NCBI RefSeq assembly: GCF_018350175.1
Contig: NC_058384.1
Coordinates: 65,472,001 to 65,536,000, forward strand
Source: Felis catus
Lineage: Eukaryota
Length of the DNA: 64,000 nucleotides
Direction: 5' to 3'
Positions 1 through 13,346 of the stretch are shown in pieces. Each line of letters begins with the position of its first letter. The first letter of the stretch is position 1. The notes below the pieces were generated by a model, which worked only from the letters and a program-made list of their open reading frames with translations, ran no database searches and was not told where the DNA came from. The position numbers and the translations under genes were made by a program.

Positions 1-1067
1 GGAAACGGACCAGCGGCTCTGGGATAAGTGAGTCAAGAGAAGGAATTTGGGGGGCTTGTCTTTTACTTGTTTAACAAGTGACAACAGGAGCACGTTTCTG
101 TGATGATGGAGTGTTCCGGTACGGAGCTGGTTGGCAATGAGTGGCCTTCTCTATTTTCTCTAGTAGAATATTAGTTGCCTAGCTTCACTTACTGTTTTAG
201 CTCCCGTTCTAGGAACAACACCTCCAATACAGAAAATGTTCAATACATTTTTGTCACATGGACCTCTCAGTACAAGTTAAATATTTGTCATCTAAAAAGC
301 AGTAGACCAGAAGAACACATTCCAGGTTGGTGGAGGAGGAAAGCGGAAGGAAGGACCAACAAAGTGGCCACAGCTGGGAATAGAAAAGCAAAGACATAGA
401 TTTGCCTCCTTGTTTTCTGTGGCTCCTATATTAACTCAAACCCCCTTGCCTTGTCTGAGATTCACCCCCGAGTCCGAGACAGGTGAAACCCTGACCTACC
501 TGCTCCTGGAGGATGCTGCCAGACCCGAGTCTCCATGAGGAAATGAGAGGGAGCCGAGGGTGAAAGGGCTGATGCTTTGGTATCCAGAAAGTTGAGGAAG
601 AAAATAAACTGAAATTACGAATCAAAATATATAACGGAAATGATGTAATCTTGGTCCAGTATACTACCGATATTTTATCAGTATAAATGACAAGGAATAT
701 AGGTAGATAATAAGATAAACCTTGGATGAGGAATACTGAAGTTTCCAAAACCTGTATCGTTTCCATTAAGCAAGATAACCGGGTTACACAATGGATTATG
801 GAGGCCAAAAAATGGGCTGTGACACCAGAGACGGACTTAGAGTCTGATTATAAGAGCAGATACTCTGAAGGAAGCTGCTGACAATGGTAAGGGCTAGAAA
901 GGGATCCAAACTCTGGCCTCTTAACGTATTTGCTGGGAGCCCTTTACTCTGGAGGTGGCAGAGGGGAGATAAAGTCCTTTGACGGATCTTGTTCTTAAGA
1001 TTTCTGTGGTTCAACTTTCTTCCTCATCCCTCCATGCCCCACAGTCTAGGAATATGAATGGTGAGCC

Positions 1068-2081
1068 ATGGATGCTGGGAATTGGAGCCAGGTAACAGAG
1101 TTCGTCATCTTGGGCTTTCCCCATCTCCAGGGTATCCAGGCTTACCTCTTCGTCTTGTTACTTCTAATTTATGTCACCACCGTACTGGGAAACCTGCTGG
1201 TATTCCTAGTGGTCCGCCTGGACTCCCAGCTCCACACACCCATGTACCACTTTGTCAGCATCCTCTCCCTGCTGGAGCTTGGCTACACGGCTGCCACCGT
1301 CCCCAAGATGCTGTCGAACCTGCTCAGGGAGGAGAAGACCATTTCTTTCTCTGGATGCCTCCTGCAAATCTACTTCTTTCACTCTCTTGGGGCCACTGAG
1401 TGCTATCTCCTCACAGCTATGGCTTATGACAGGTATTTAGCCATCTGCCGGCCCCTCCACTACTCCACCCTCATGACCCCAGCACGCTGCGCCAAGATCG
1501 CCGTTGGCTGTTGGTTGGGAGGTCTGGCTGGGCCGGTGGCTGAGATTTCTCTGGTGTCCCGTCTCCCTTTCTGTGGCCCCAATCGCATTCAGCACATCTT
1601 TTGTGATTTCCCACCCGTGCTGAGCTTGGCTTGTACTGACACATCTATCAACGTCCTAGTGGACTTTGCTATCAACTCCTGCAAGATCCTGGCCACCTTC
1701 CTGTTGATCCTCAGCTCCTATGTCCAGATCGTTCGCACGGTGCTCAGGATTCCTTCAGTTGCAGGCAAGACCAAGGCCTTCTCCACCTGTGCCTCCCACC
1801 TGACCGTGGTTCTCATCTTCTACGGGAGCATCCTCTTTATGTATGTGCGGCTGAAGAGTAGCTACTCACTGGACTATGACCGCGCCCTGGCTGTGATCTA
1901 CTCGGTGCTCACACCTTTCCTCAACCCCTTCGTCTATAGCTTGCGCAACAAGGATATTAAGGAGGCCGTGAGGAGGCAGTTGAAGAGGTCAGGGATACTT
2001 ACTGAAGTGAAGGTGGGGAAGGCAGGCCAAGGGAGAAGACGAGGTACGGTGACGCAGGGGATCGCCAGTCACCGCAGATGA
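1068..2081 (+). CDS. OR6N1: Olfactory receptor 6N1 ortholog, 337 aa, C-terminally extended
   Basis: Single-exon 7TM ORF with OR motifs (NWS sequon, [41 protein letters not shown]). Closely matches recalled human OR6N1 (MDTGNWSQV...[14 protein letters not shown]). Kozak gccATGg; pyrimidine tract + CAG acceptor at 1042-1044. Confidence 0.93.
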   Translation: MDAGNWSQVTEFVILGFPHLQGIQAYLFVLLLLIYVTTVLGNLLVFLVVRLDSQLHTPMYHFVSILSLLELGYTAATVPKMLSNLLREEKTISFSGCLLQIYFFHSLGATECYLLTAMAYDRYLAICRPLHYSTLMTPARCAKIAVGCWLGGLAGPVAEISLVSRLPFCGPNRIQHIFCDFPPVLSLACTDTSINVLVDFAINSCKILATFLLILSSYVQIVRTVLRIPSVAGKTKAFSTCASHLTVVLIFYGSILFMYVRLKSSYSLDYDRALAVIYSVLTPFLNPFVYSLRNKDIKEAVRRQLKRSGILTEVKVGKAGQGRRRGTVTQGIASHRR

Positions 2082-2459
2082 GAAGTCAAGCGTTGAGTGC
2101 CTTTCTACATGGGATACAGAACTGGGGCAAGTGTTGCCTGGCTCTCAGCGTCTACATAACCGCCACACTGGAGCCACATGCGGCCAGAGACCAGAGATTG
2201 GAATGTGGTTTTCAAATCTCAGATGTTTGTATACCATACATAGGAACTTCGTCACATCTGGGCCTTACCTACTATATGTCAATATACAGTAAATTTGATA
2301 AATATTTAATGTAAATACATTTACTCGTATTCTAAACAATAATATTGAATAATACTGAGATACATTTTAGAACAAAAAATAACCGTTTTTTATTCGTGTA
2401 CCATTTACACTTAAATGGTATTGCATGTATACCATTTGTTTGTGTATTGAAATGGAAAA

Positions 2460-2675
2460 CACCGGTACAGTAGAGGACAGCGTGTTTTTGACTGTATATA
2501 TGCGGGTTTAAGTCCTAATTCATTCAGTTACTTTGATGACATGATCTTTAGTGAGTAACTCAAACTCTCTGAGTCTTAATTTCACCATTTGTTAAAAATA
2601 TTTTTTGAAGGTTATTTTGCAAGTTAGTGATAAGGTCTGTATACCACAGGTAAAGTGTCTGGGATACAACTGATA
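2460..2675 (+). mobile_element. MIR fragment
   Basis: MIR core-like 'gagtaactcaaactctctgagtcttaatttcaccatttg'. Confidence 0.55.
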
Positions 2676-2676
2676 A

Positions 2677-2677
<1 letters not shown>

Positions 2678-2718
<41 letters not shown>

Positions 2719-2723
2719 ATGTA

Positions 2724-2764
<41 letters not shown>

Positions 2765-3020
2765 ACACCTGAATGGCTCAGTTGGTTGAGAGTCCAACTT
2801 TGGCTCAGGTCATGATCTCACAGATTGTGAGTTCAAGCCCCACATCAGGTTTGCTGCTGTCAGGGCAGAACCTGCTTTGGATCCTCTCTCCCCCTCTCTC
2901 TGCCCTTTCCCCACTCATGCTCTCTTTCTTTCAAAAAGAATATATATATATATATGTATGTATATGTATATATGTGTGTATACATATAAATGTGTGTGTG
3001 TGTGTGTGCGTGCGTGTGTG
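2678..3020 (+). mobile_element. CanSINE (2763-2940) between (TA)n and (TA/TG)n microsatellites
   Basis: 'ggacacctgaatggctcagttggttgag...caggtcatgatctc' head, CT-rich body, A tail; TA/TG runs on both sides. Confidence 0.85.
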
Positions 3021-4109
3021 TATCTGCCCCAAACCTCTCATCATTACTCTGAGCCTTAGAATAATACCCAGGAAAATGTCATTAAGCAAAAGTACTTCCC
3101 AGATACTTTTCCCCAAAGGACAGGAATCAGGGAGCCAGAGGACGTACTTGAGAAGTCAGCTAGCTGACTGCACTTGGGTTCTGCCCAGTTGTGCATGTCA
3201 GTCTTGGTGGCCTTGACATCCATTCACAGGGAGAGTGTAGGAGTCTAACCACTAGCAAGAAATACGATTACTTTTTACATTGGACATCTTTATTCTGTTT
3301 CAAGCTACTTATATCCTTAAACATATGAGAATATGTGAAAAATAATCCTATAGCTTAACATATGACATATATGGTGATTGAATTTATTAGCTGGTGTTAG
3401 AGGTTATCATGCATCTGAATGTCTACTGTGAATAGAAAGTCAAGTATTGACTATTAGAAAACTTGCAGTTTTATAGAACTTCCTATGAAAATCCCAAAGT
3501 TGTTATTCATACTATCTGAAAGGTACCCATCCAACCACCCATCTTTTCCATTCAGCTCTTTATTTAGCTCTGACTACATACATCACGTGTCTGTTAAGGC
3601 CACAGAAGGATGAACAAAACAGATACTGTCCAGTTCCTGCACTTAGGCTGGTTGGAAAGAGTTGAGAATATAAATATTAAAATTACAATTGATTTATACT
3701 TAGTTACTGTTAGTTAATTAAAATTGTGGTAATTAGTGATAAATACCCCTACACCCTCTTCTCGAGGAGGCTACAATGAAGATGCAAACTGACAGACCTG
3801 AATCAGCCATTGCATCAAAGCAATGATTGTATCTGTATTGAGACCCAGGTGGAGGGAACACCTTGCCGACCCTACAGAGAAAATCAGTCAGGGATTCTGA
3901 TTAAGAAAACAAATCCTCAGCCTCCCGGCTTGGTGCCTCTAGTGGTTAAAAGGTCCAGGATAGGACAGGGAGAGGATAAAAGATGAAAGTGACAGTTGAA
4001 CGAGTTGATAACTGGGTTCTGGGTCTGGAAACAAGCAGACGGTGGCAGCCCCAGGACGTTGGCACCCGAGGACTTGTAGGGGCAGTTGTGAAAGGGGGTC
4101 TCACCTTCA

Positions 4110-4928
4110 AGAAAGTGAAGGACAACTCATAAAATAGGAAAAATTACTTGCAAACCATGTGTCTGATAAAGGACTTGTTTCTAGCATGCATGAAGCACTC
4201 TTGCAGCTCAATAACAAAAAGGCAAATGACACAATTGAAAAATGAACAAAGGGTCTGAGTAGCAGTACCCCCACACACGGCTTGTGGGAACAGAAAGTGA
4301 CATAAGCACTTTGGAAAACAGCCTGGGATTTCCTCCAAAGATGAAACAGAGAGTTGTCACAGGACCCAGCAATTCCAATCCTGGGTGTTTATCCAAAAGA
4401 AACGACAATATACGTCCACACAGAAATTTGTACATGAATATTTACGGCAGTATTATTTCTAGTGGTCAAAACAAAAAGACCATCCAGATGTCTATCGATG
4501 GAGAAGTGAATGAACTAAACGTGTACATATCTAAGCAACAGAATATCTTCATACATAACAAACAATGAAGTCTCCATACACACCGCGGCCTGGAGGAATC
4601 TTGCGAGTTTTATTCTACGTGAAAGAATCCAGACACAACAAAGGCCACATACTCTGTGATATCATTCACGTAAAATACCCAGAATAGAGAAATCTAGAAA
4701 ACCCCAACTAGATTAGTGGCAGAAATGTGTGCTGGGGGGCAACTGGCCAGGGAGCGGTGATAGTTAAAAAACACAGAGTTTCTTTTTGAGGTGTTTGAAC
4801 CTTCCTAAAGTTTATTGTAGTGATGGTTTTGCAACATCTGTGAATATGTTAAAAGCCATTCAGTTTTACACCAAAATGAGTGAATTGTCTGGTTTGTAAA
4901 TTGTATCTCAATAAACCTGTTTTAAAAA
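4110..4928 (+). mobile_element. Old L1 (L1MB-like) ORF2 end and 3' UTR
   Basis: 'ttgcaaaccatgtgtctgataaaggacttg', 'gacccagcaattcc', ending 'gtatctcaataaac'. Confidence 0.75.
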
Positions 4929-5436
4929 AGGGGGCTGAAGTTAAGCTCACCTGATGAATATTTGCTTTAAAACCGACTGTGGTGCACTGTTTGGAGTTTT
5001 CTGGGATGCTCTGGGCTTAACAGGTGAATGAACACAGTCTCACCAGAACACAGCCAACCTGTCCAGCAGCTTGTTGACAGGATGGACTTCATTCTAGATG
5101 TCTCCACAGGGCAGAAGCCTTTAAACATGATCTTTAGACTTAGGGAGACAGACAGAGAGAGAGAGATGATGTGTGGAAAGGGGAAGGGGTAGAGGGTGAG
5201 TGAACACGAGAGAACTCTTCTAAATTAAAAGAGACAACAACCAAAGTAACGTGAATCTTGGTTCAAATAAACCAAACGTGAAAGGACGTTTATGGCGCAG
5301 GTGAAGACACTTGACTATGGACTAGATATCAGGTGATACTGAGAAATTGTTGAATTTTTAGAATGAGGCAATGGTACGGTGATTAGTGAAGAAAATGTGT
5401 TTAGGGGGAAATGTAAACATCTTCGGAATTTATTTT

Positions 5437-8117
5437 ATTTTTTAAATTTTATTTTTTATTTTTTAAAATTGACATCCAAATTAGTTAGCAGATAGTGAAA
5501 CAATGATTTCAGGAGTAGATTCCTTAATGCCCCTGACCCATTTAGCCCACCCCCCCTCCCACAACCTCTCCAGCAACACTGTTTGTTCTCCATATTCAAG
5601 AGTCTCTTCTGTTTTGTCCCCCTCCCTGTTTTTATATTATTTTTGCTTCCCTTCCCTTATGTCCATCTATTTCATCTCTTAAAGTCCTCATATGAGTGAA
5701 GTCATATGATTTTTTTCTTTCTCTGACTGACTTGTTTCGCTTAGCATAATACCATCTAGTNNNNNNNNNNNNNNNNNNNNNNNNNNNNNNNNNNNNNNNN
5801 NNNNNNNNNNNNNNNNNNNNNNNNNNNNNNNNNNNNNNNNNNNNNNNNNNNNNNNNNNNNNNNNNNNNNNNNNNNNNNNNNNNNNNNNNNNNNNNNNNNN
5901 NNNNNNNNNNNNNNNNTGGCTATTGTCGATAGGGCTGCTATAAACATGGGGGTGCATGCGTCCCTTCTAAACAGCACAACTGTGTCCCATGGATAAATGC
6001 CTAGCAGTGCAATTGCTGGGTCGTAGGAAAGTTCTACTTTTAGTTTTTTGAGGAACCTCCATACTGTTTTCCAGAGTGGCTGCACCAGCTTGCATTTCCA
6101 CCAGCAGTGCAAAGGAGATCTTCTTTCTCCACATCCTCGCCAACATCTGTTGTTGCCTGAGTTGTTAATGTTAGCCATTCTGACAGGTGTAAGGTGGTAT
6201 CTGTTTGTGGTTTTGATTTGTATTTCCCTGATAATGAGTGATGTTGAGCATTTTTTCATGTGTCGGTTGGCCATCTGGATGTCTTCCTTGGAGAAGTGTC
6301 TATTCATGTCTTTCGCCCATTTCTTCACTGGATTATTTGTTTTTTGGGTGTTGAGTTTGATAAGTTCTTTATAGATATTGGCTACTAACCCTTTATCTGA
6401 TATGTCATTTGCAAGTATCTTCTCCTGTTGTGTCGGTTGCCTTTTAGTTTTGCTGGTTGTTTCCTTCGCTGTGCAGAAGCTTTTTATCATGATGAGGTCC
6501 CAGTAGTTCATTTTTGCTTTTGTTTCCCTTGCCTCCAGAGACGTGTTGAGTAAGAAGTTGCTGCGGCCGAAGTCAGAGAGGTTTTTGCCTGCTTTCTCCT
6601 CTAGTATTTTGATGGCTTCCTGTCTTACATTGAGGTCTTTCTTCCATTTTGAGTTTATTTCTGTGACTGGTGTAAGAAAGTGGTCCAGGTTCATTCTTCT
6701 GCATGTCGCTGTCCTGTTTTCCCAGCACCACTTGCTGAAGAGACTGTCTTTATTCCATTGGATATTCTTTCCTGCTTTGTCAAAGATTAGTTGGCCATAC
6801 GTTTGTGGGTGCATTTCTGGGTTCGCTATTCTGTTCCATTGATCTGAGTGTCTGTTCTTGTGCCAGTACCATATGGTCTTGATGATTACAGCTTTGCAGT
6901 ATAGCTTGAAGTCTGGGATTGTGATGCCTCCTGCTTTGGTTTTCTTTTTCAAGATTGCTTTGGCTATTCAGGGTCTCTTCTGGTTCCATACAAATTTTAG
7001 GATTATTTGTTCTAGCTCTGNNNNNNNNNNNNNNNNNNNNNNNNNNNNNNNNNNNNNNNNNNNNNNNNNNNNNNNNNNNNNNNNNNNNNNNNNNNNNNNN
7101 NNNNNNNNNNNNNNNNNNNNNNNNNNNNNNNNNNNNNNNNNNNNNNNNNNNNNNNNNNNNNNNNNNNNNNNNNNNNNNNNNNNNNNNNNNNNNNNNNNNN
7201 NNNNNNNNNNNNNNNNNNNNNNNNNNNNNNNNNNNNNNNNNNNNNNNCAACTGTAAATTGGATCGATTCTTTGATTTCTCTTTCTGTCGCTTCATTGTTG
7301 GTGCATAGGAATGCAACTGATTTCTGTGCATTGATTTTATATCCTGCAACTTTGCTGAATTCATGAGTCAATTCTAGCAGTTTTTTCGTGGAATCTTTTG
7401 TGAAAAGTCATCTGCGAAGAGTGAAAGTTNNNNNNNNNNNNNNNNNNNNNNNNNNNNNNNNNNNNNNNNNNNNNNNNNNNNNNNNNNNNNNNNNNNNNNN
7501 NNNNNNNNNNNNNNNNNNNNNNNNNNNNNNNNNNNNNNNNNNNNNNNNNNNNNNNNNNNNNNNNNNNNNNNNNNNNNNNNNNCCATTGTGGATGATATTA
7601 GCGTTGGGTTGTTCATATGTGGCTTTTATGATCTCGAGGTAGGCTCCTTCTTTCCCTACTTTCTTGAGGGTTTTTATCAACACAGGATGCTGTATTTTGT
7701 CAAATGCTTTCTCTACATCTATCGAGAGGATCATATGGTTCTTGTCCTTTCTTTTATTGATGTGATGAATCATGTTTATTGTTTTGCGGATATTGAACGA
7801 GCCCTGCATCTCAGGTATAAATCCCACTTGGTCGTGGTGAATAATTTTTTTAATGTATTGTTGGATCCGGTTGGCTGATATCTTGTTGAGGATTTTTGCA
7901 TCCATGTCCATCAGGGAAACTGGTCTATGGTTCTTTTTAGTGGGGTCTCTGTCTGGTTTTGGAATCAAGGTAATGCTGGCTTCAAGAAAGAGTTTGGAAG
8001 TTTTCCTTCCATTTCTATTTTTTGGAGCAGCTTCAAGAGAATAGGTGTTAATTGTTCCTTAAATGTTTGGTAGAATTCCCCTGGGAAGCCATCTGGCCCT
8101 GGACTCTTGCCTCCCCT
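5437..8117 (-). mobile_element. 5'-truncated carnivore L1 (ORF2 RT and C-terminal part + 3' UTR), three N gaps inside
   Basis: ORF2 peptides ([56 protein letters not shown]); poly-T at the left; TSD ggaatttatttt at 5425-5436 and 8118-8129. Confidence 0.95.
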
Positions 8118-8145
8118 GGAATTTATTTTAAAATATTTTTAAAAA

Positions 8146-8575
8146 GGGGCGCCTGGGTGGCTCAGTCAGTTAAGCGGCCGGCTCTTGAATGTGGCTCAGG
8201 TCATGATCTTGTGGTTCGTGGGGTTAAGCCCTGCGTTGGGCTCTGCGCTGACAGCTTAGAGCCTGCTTGGGATTCTCTGTCTCCCTCTCTCTCTGCCCCT
8301 CCCACTCATGTGTGCTCTCTCTCTCTCTCTCAAAATAAAGAAATAAACACTGGTGCACCTGTTGGCTCAGTCGGTTAAGCGTCTGACTTCAGCTCAGGTC
8401 ATGATCTTGCAGTTTGTGAGTTCGAGCCCCGCTTTGGGCTCTGTGCTGACAGCTCTCAGAGCCTGGAGCCTGCTTTGGATTATGTGTCTCCCTCTCTCTC
8501 TGCCTCTCCCCTGCTCACGGTGTGTCTTTCAATAATAAATAAACGTTAAAAAAATAAAAATTAAAAAAGAAATAA
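8146..8575 (+). mobile_element. Two tandem CanSINEs (8146-8347, 8352-8575)
   Basis: Two tRNA-like heads 'ggggcgcctgggtggctcag' and 'ggtgcacctgttggctcag', each with (CT)n and an A tail. Confidence 0.9.
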
Positions 8576-9605
8576 AATTTTAAAAATATAATAAAATAAA
8601 TTATTAAAAAAATAGACGAAGTGGAAATGACAAAATATTTTGTATGATTAAACTTTGAAATCTATGGGTTTAATATTTTCTACACTTTCATGAATGTTTA
8701 CAAATATTGCATAATAAAACTTTAAAAAACAAAGAAATAGAATAATCATTAAAAGAAGACTATCCGTGTTTTCAAACTAGCAGAGAAAAAAGTTTGTAGG
8801 GAAAAATATAGAAAATTTTATCCATCTAGTTAGAAAAGGAAAGGAAGAAAAACAAATTGGAAATGAATGAAAAAAACAGGAAACACAAGTATTTTGGGAG
8901 AAACACTTTGAAGCCTATTTAAATCACAAAACATGTAAATGGCTAAGTGTACTTATGATAATACAAAGACTCTCATAAGAGGTCTTTTTAATTAAGCTAT
9001 TTGCTGCTTATAAGAGATCTGTCTAAACATACAGACATGCAAAGTATGGAAAGAAAGAGAAAATGTTTGGAGTAGCAGTATAATAACAAAATAGAATCTA
9101 TGAGAAAGAAGTATTAGCAGCAATATAGAGGGAAACTCTAAAATATTATAAGGAAAATTTCATTCCAGACATAACATTCTTACCTGGTTGCATTTAACAA
9201 CATAGCTGCAAAACATGTAAAAAGCTGACAAAAATAGGGGAAGACACTAAAACTTGCTGACATTTCTCTGAAAGAATTAAAAATAATTGTGTCAAGCAAA
9301 TAATAAGTGAGCATATGGAAAAATCAAACTTACACTTAAATATGCATATTATATCATATAAATATATACCACATTATATGTAATTAAGCTTTAGTTGCAT
9401 ATTACATAAATTTCATACATAAAAATAATATACAAGTTATATACATGTTACATATAAAGTTATATACATATATATATGTTCCATGTGTATGTGTGTATAT
9501 AGATAAATCGATAGCTAGATCATATATATTAAACTTAAAGAGGAAACACATACATATGAAGTATTTATCAAGTTCATGCAACTCATAAAGAAATTCTCTG
9601 TTGAT

Positions 9606-9810
9606 GGGGCACCTGGGTGGCTCAGTCGGTTAAGCGGCCGACTTCGGCTCAGGTCCTGATCTCGCGGTCTGTGAGTTCGAGCCCCGCGTCGGGCTCTGTG
9701 CTGACGGCTCGGAGCCTGGAGCCTGTTTCTGATTCTGTGTCTCACTCTCTCTCTGACCCTCCCCCATTCATGCTCTGTCTCTCCCTGTCTCAAAAATAAA
9801 TAAACGTTAA
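9606..9810 (+). mobile_element. Young SINEC_Fc
   Basis: Full-length; TSD aaagaaattctctgttga at 9587-9604 and 9811-9828. Confidence 0.95.
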
Positions 9811-12269
9811 AAAGAAATTCTCTGTTGAAATATAGATGCCTTAATGACTACTTTCTCCAAACATATGATTTTAGGTGGACGAGGGGGAGGGGAAGAGACT
9901 ATTTAAGGGAGAGAAAAACAACAAAATAACTGTTTCCATGATTATTTTACTTTTCAGTCTACCCAACATGGGAGTTGATTAGTCCAAAGATATAAGACAC
10001 ATGGAAGGCAGTCTAGTGTAGCAAAACAAACAATTAAAAACATTTATTTTTAAAAAGGAAAAATATACATGAATGGAGGGATATCACTGGTTAAACTGAC
10101 CCAAACCAAGGGTTTGCAAGGCCAGCACATGTGTCTTAGACAGGCTTGCTGCTTTGTTCCCTGGTGTTTTCAGTCCCTGTTTGAGGGGAGGAAATTTCAA
10201 CTGGGACGAGAATCTCCTGTCCTAGACCCAGAGGAGCAGTGTTTCAGCCCATGCCCTGAGAACGTCTGACTCTTGTGTGAAGGGATTTAGTTATAAGACT
10301 GATCATTTTCCAGGTCCAAAATAAAAAGAACCATGGCTTATGAAAGACAATAAATTTCCAACGCGGGGAAGCATCACACATCCTAAACAGGACTCTGTCA
10401 TCCGCATGTGCAAGGTGCTCTTTTGTTCTGTGCCAAAAATCATACAGCCATTGCAATTCTGGGCCCTGCGACACCTACTTTGTGAAATAGAGGTGATCCA
10501 GCCTCTGCTACTGAGATCCCGGAAAGCAAAAAGGAAAGACTGAATGGCATCCCCTGGAGTGATACAACACGAGGGCCCTGGAAGGGATTTTCAGCTCAGG
10601 ACGACAGTAAGAGTAACAAAAGCATTAAATAATAAGCAATATTTGACGAATATTATAGCCACTGTGCTCAGCATTTTATACACCTTGTGGCCTTTGATCT
10701 TTAAAGTCCTCAAAGCTCCTAAATGACAGATAGGGACACCGAGGCTCAGGACACCTTTGTTAGTTCTCCAAGTTGTACCATTGGAAAAAGTACAAAAGCC
10801 AGATTCATGTTTAGACAGTATGACCTCAGAGCCCTCCGTCTTGGTGACCACCTTCAATTCAGTCCAGTAAGGAGGGGTTCTCTGATAACTACCTAACTTG
10901 GTAGGAGACTGTCTTGACAGAGTGTTCAAATGGAGCCTAGATTACCTTTTTTTCAGATATGCTGAGGAGGAGTTCCTGCTCCTCTATCCAGAGATAGCTG
11001 GATGTCTCCCAAGGCAGCTTCAAGTTCAGAACAAGTGGGGGAAATAGATATTCTCTAAAACTGATGAACTTAAGCAAAAAGCAAGGCTGTAATTATGCAT
11101 AAGAGATGCTCCCGTACTGGACCGGGGCTGGGACCAGGAAGCGGTCAAGGAAACAAAGCAATTGAGAACATGGAATTATTAGCTTAGCCTGGATCCTTTG
11201 GCTCCTGCCTCCCCACAGATGATAGACCCTCCCTCCCGTATTTCTTCTCCTTTTGCTGCCTTGGGCAGATGTGGGGACCGTCTGTCATCACCATCAAGGC
11301 TCTTCTCTTTGTTGCCTTTGCCCTTACATCTACCTCTTACATTTACCTTTGCATCCATCTGGCTGTCCTGTCAGCCAGCCCGGCATGTCGATCAGTGGGT
11401 CCACAAGTCAAGAACAAAGTTCGGCTAGTAGACAGGCAGTCGGCAGAACCCTGTGCTGAAGTGTGGTGTTCAGAAGGAAGTCTTCTCCTTGTGGTCTGTG
11501 GGCCTTTCATCCAAACATCTTGTTTGTGTGGGGCGAACAGGAAACCACAGAAAAGCAGAAAGACAGAAAGCCAGTCATGTCAAAACCAGGGCTCACAGTG
11601 GTCCTGAAACCAGTGGTAGCAACAGCAGCATGAGGCATCTTTCTTGAACACTCCAGCAAGTTGGAGTAACGTGGAGAAATAGGGAACAACAGTGGCAGAA
11701 AAAGAATCACTCCCGAGCCTTGATCGCAAAGGTTGGGATGTTCTTGTGAAAAGAAAAAAGTCAAGGCACAGAGTCGAGAGAGGAAAGGACCAAAAGGGGT
11801 ACGCATTCAAAGAGAGTTGGAACACAAATAGCACATTTTGGAAGGTCTGAAGGAAATAAAATAAAATGGCTGGGAGCAATGAAGGCACAGGGACCACCGC
11901 ATCTCATGCCAAGAAAGCTGGCAAATTGGATGGCTAGTGGCATTCTTATTAAGAGCAGCTAATGGGTCATTAGGCTCTGAGGCCTCCAAGGCCAAGCTGC
12001 CGGTGTGACGGTCACTAAGTGAATCCACTGCCCCCGACACAGTCCCTGAAATAGAATTGCCAGGCAAATAGTTGGTAAGAAATCAATCTTGAAATCTGGA
12101 GAAGCAAACCCTCTAGCACGTCCTGTATACTAATTAGTGACCACACTGCCTCACCGAAAGGCCACATTTCCTCCGGATTTCTTCCTGGGTATAGCGATCT
12201 GTCTTGGGAGGCAAGCTGTATGAAAGGGACCCAGAGCACGGCGATCGGCCCTCGCTGCGGGCGCTTGAG

Positions 12270-12465
12270 CCATTGGGTTTCTGTCCTGATTTCCTCATCA
12301 TTAACCCGGGGCACCCAGACCAGTTACTGAAATTCTGTGCTTCACTTTTCTCCTTTGGAAAAGTCAGGGTTGATATTGCTTCTACAGGATTGTCGTGAGG
12401 ATAAAAGGGACAGTACATGTAAGGTACTTACCGCAAGCTCAGATGTTATTAAAACACGTTAGCTC
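12270..12465 (+). mobile_element. MIR fragment
   Basis: 'cagttactgaaattctgtgcttcacttttctcc...caggattgtcgtgaggataaa...tacatgtaagg'. Confidence 0.55.
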
Positions 12466-13148
12466 TTCTAAATACCAAAGGGCCCCAGGGCTGGAGGCCA
12501 TCTTAGCGATCGTCTCATGCAGTTGCTTTCAACCCCAACCCGCCCTCAGAATTTTTGGGTCAGCTCTTCAGAAATGCAGATGCATGGGCTTCACTTTCAG
12601 ATTTGCTAAATCCTACGTTCCAATGATCCATTGGTTTGGGAAACCGCTGATCTGATCCAACCAAAGGCTTTACAGATGCAGTACTCTTTAGTGGCAGAAT
12701 AAGGTGTAAAATCTGGTCTGAACGATAGTGTTTCTGGGAGGCCACTGTGACCAGAGTGAGGGCTGGACGCTCATGGAGGGCAGAGTCAATGACTCCTATG
12801 ACTCATCGGAGACTGGTAGGTTTCCTGAAACTTTGGGGGAAAGATGTTCGTATAATTTCATTTCTTGAATACTAAATGGATCAAACGGATCCAAACCAAG
12901 CATTTACTAGGGGCATAGCACCAAGTAGAGCCCTGAGGTCAAGACCCGCTCTGTCACTAAGTACCTCTGTGACGTCAGGCAAGTCAGTAAATTTCTCTAA
13001 GCTTCTGTTCCAACATGTAAATAATGGTGATTTCTGACCTAATTACTTTAGGACTTTTTAAATTTAAAGAGGATTCAGACATGTGAAGGTATTTCAAATG
13101 GGAAATTGTTAGAGAAGTTGACTATTGCCACAATTTATTAAAAAAAAA

Positions 13149-13346
13149 TTTTAACATTTATTTGTTGCTGAGGGACAGAGAGAGTCAGAGCACGAGCAGC
13201 AGAGGGGCAGGGAGAGAGGGAGACACAGAATCCGAAGCAGGCTCCAGCTCTGAGCTGTCAGCACAGAGCCCGATGAGGGGCTCGAACCTGAGATCATGAC
13301 CTGAGCTAAAGTCGATGCTTAACCCACTGAGCCATCCAGGGGTCCC
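13149..13346 (-). mobile_element. CanSINE
   Basis: Reverse SINE: 'gacacagaatccgaagcaggctcc...actgagccatccagg'. Confidence 0.9.

Larger units (their letters stand above)
5225..8730 (+). mobile_element. Old L1MC-type 3' end split by the younger L1 and two SINEs
   Basis: 5225-5436 and about 8610-8730 read as consecutive parts of an L1MC 3' UTR, ending 'cataataaaacttt'. Confidence 0.5.

Noticed and set aside
5756-7968. Long ORFs with reverse-transcriptase similarity as a novel RT system
   Set aside because: Ordinary truncated L1 ORF2; several ORFs are lengthened by N gaps.
11269-11607. 112-aa ORF with CAG|ATG and a hydrophobic N-terminus, faintly OR TM5-like
   Set aside because: No recognisable family; spacing between the SY-like and KAFST-like words does not fit an OR.
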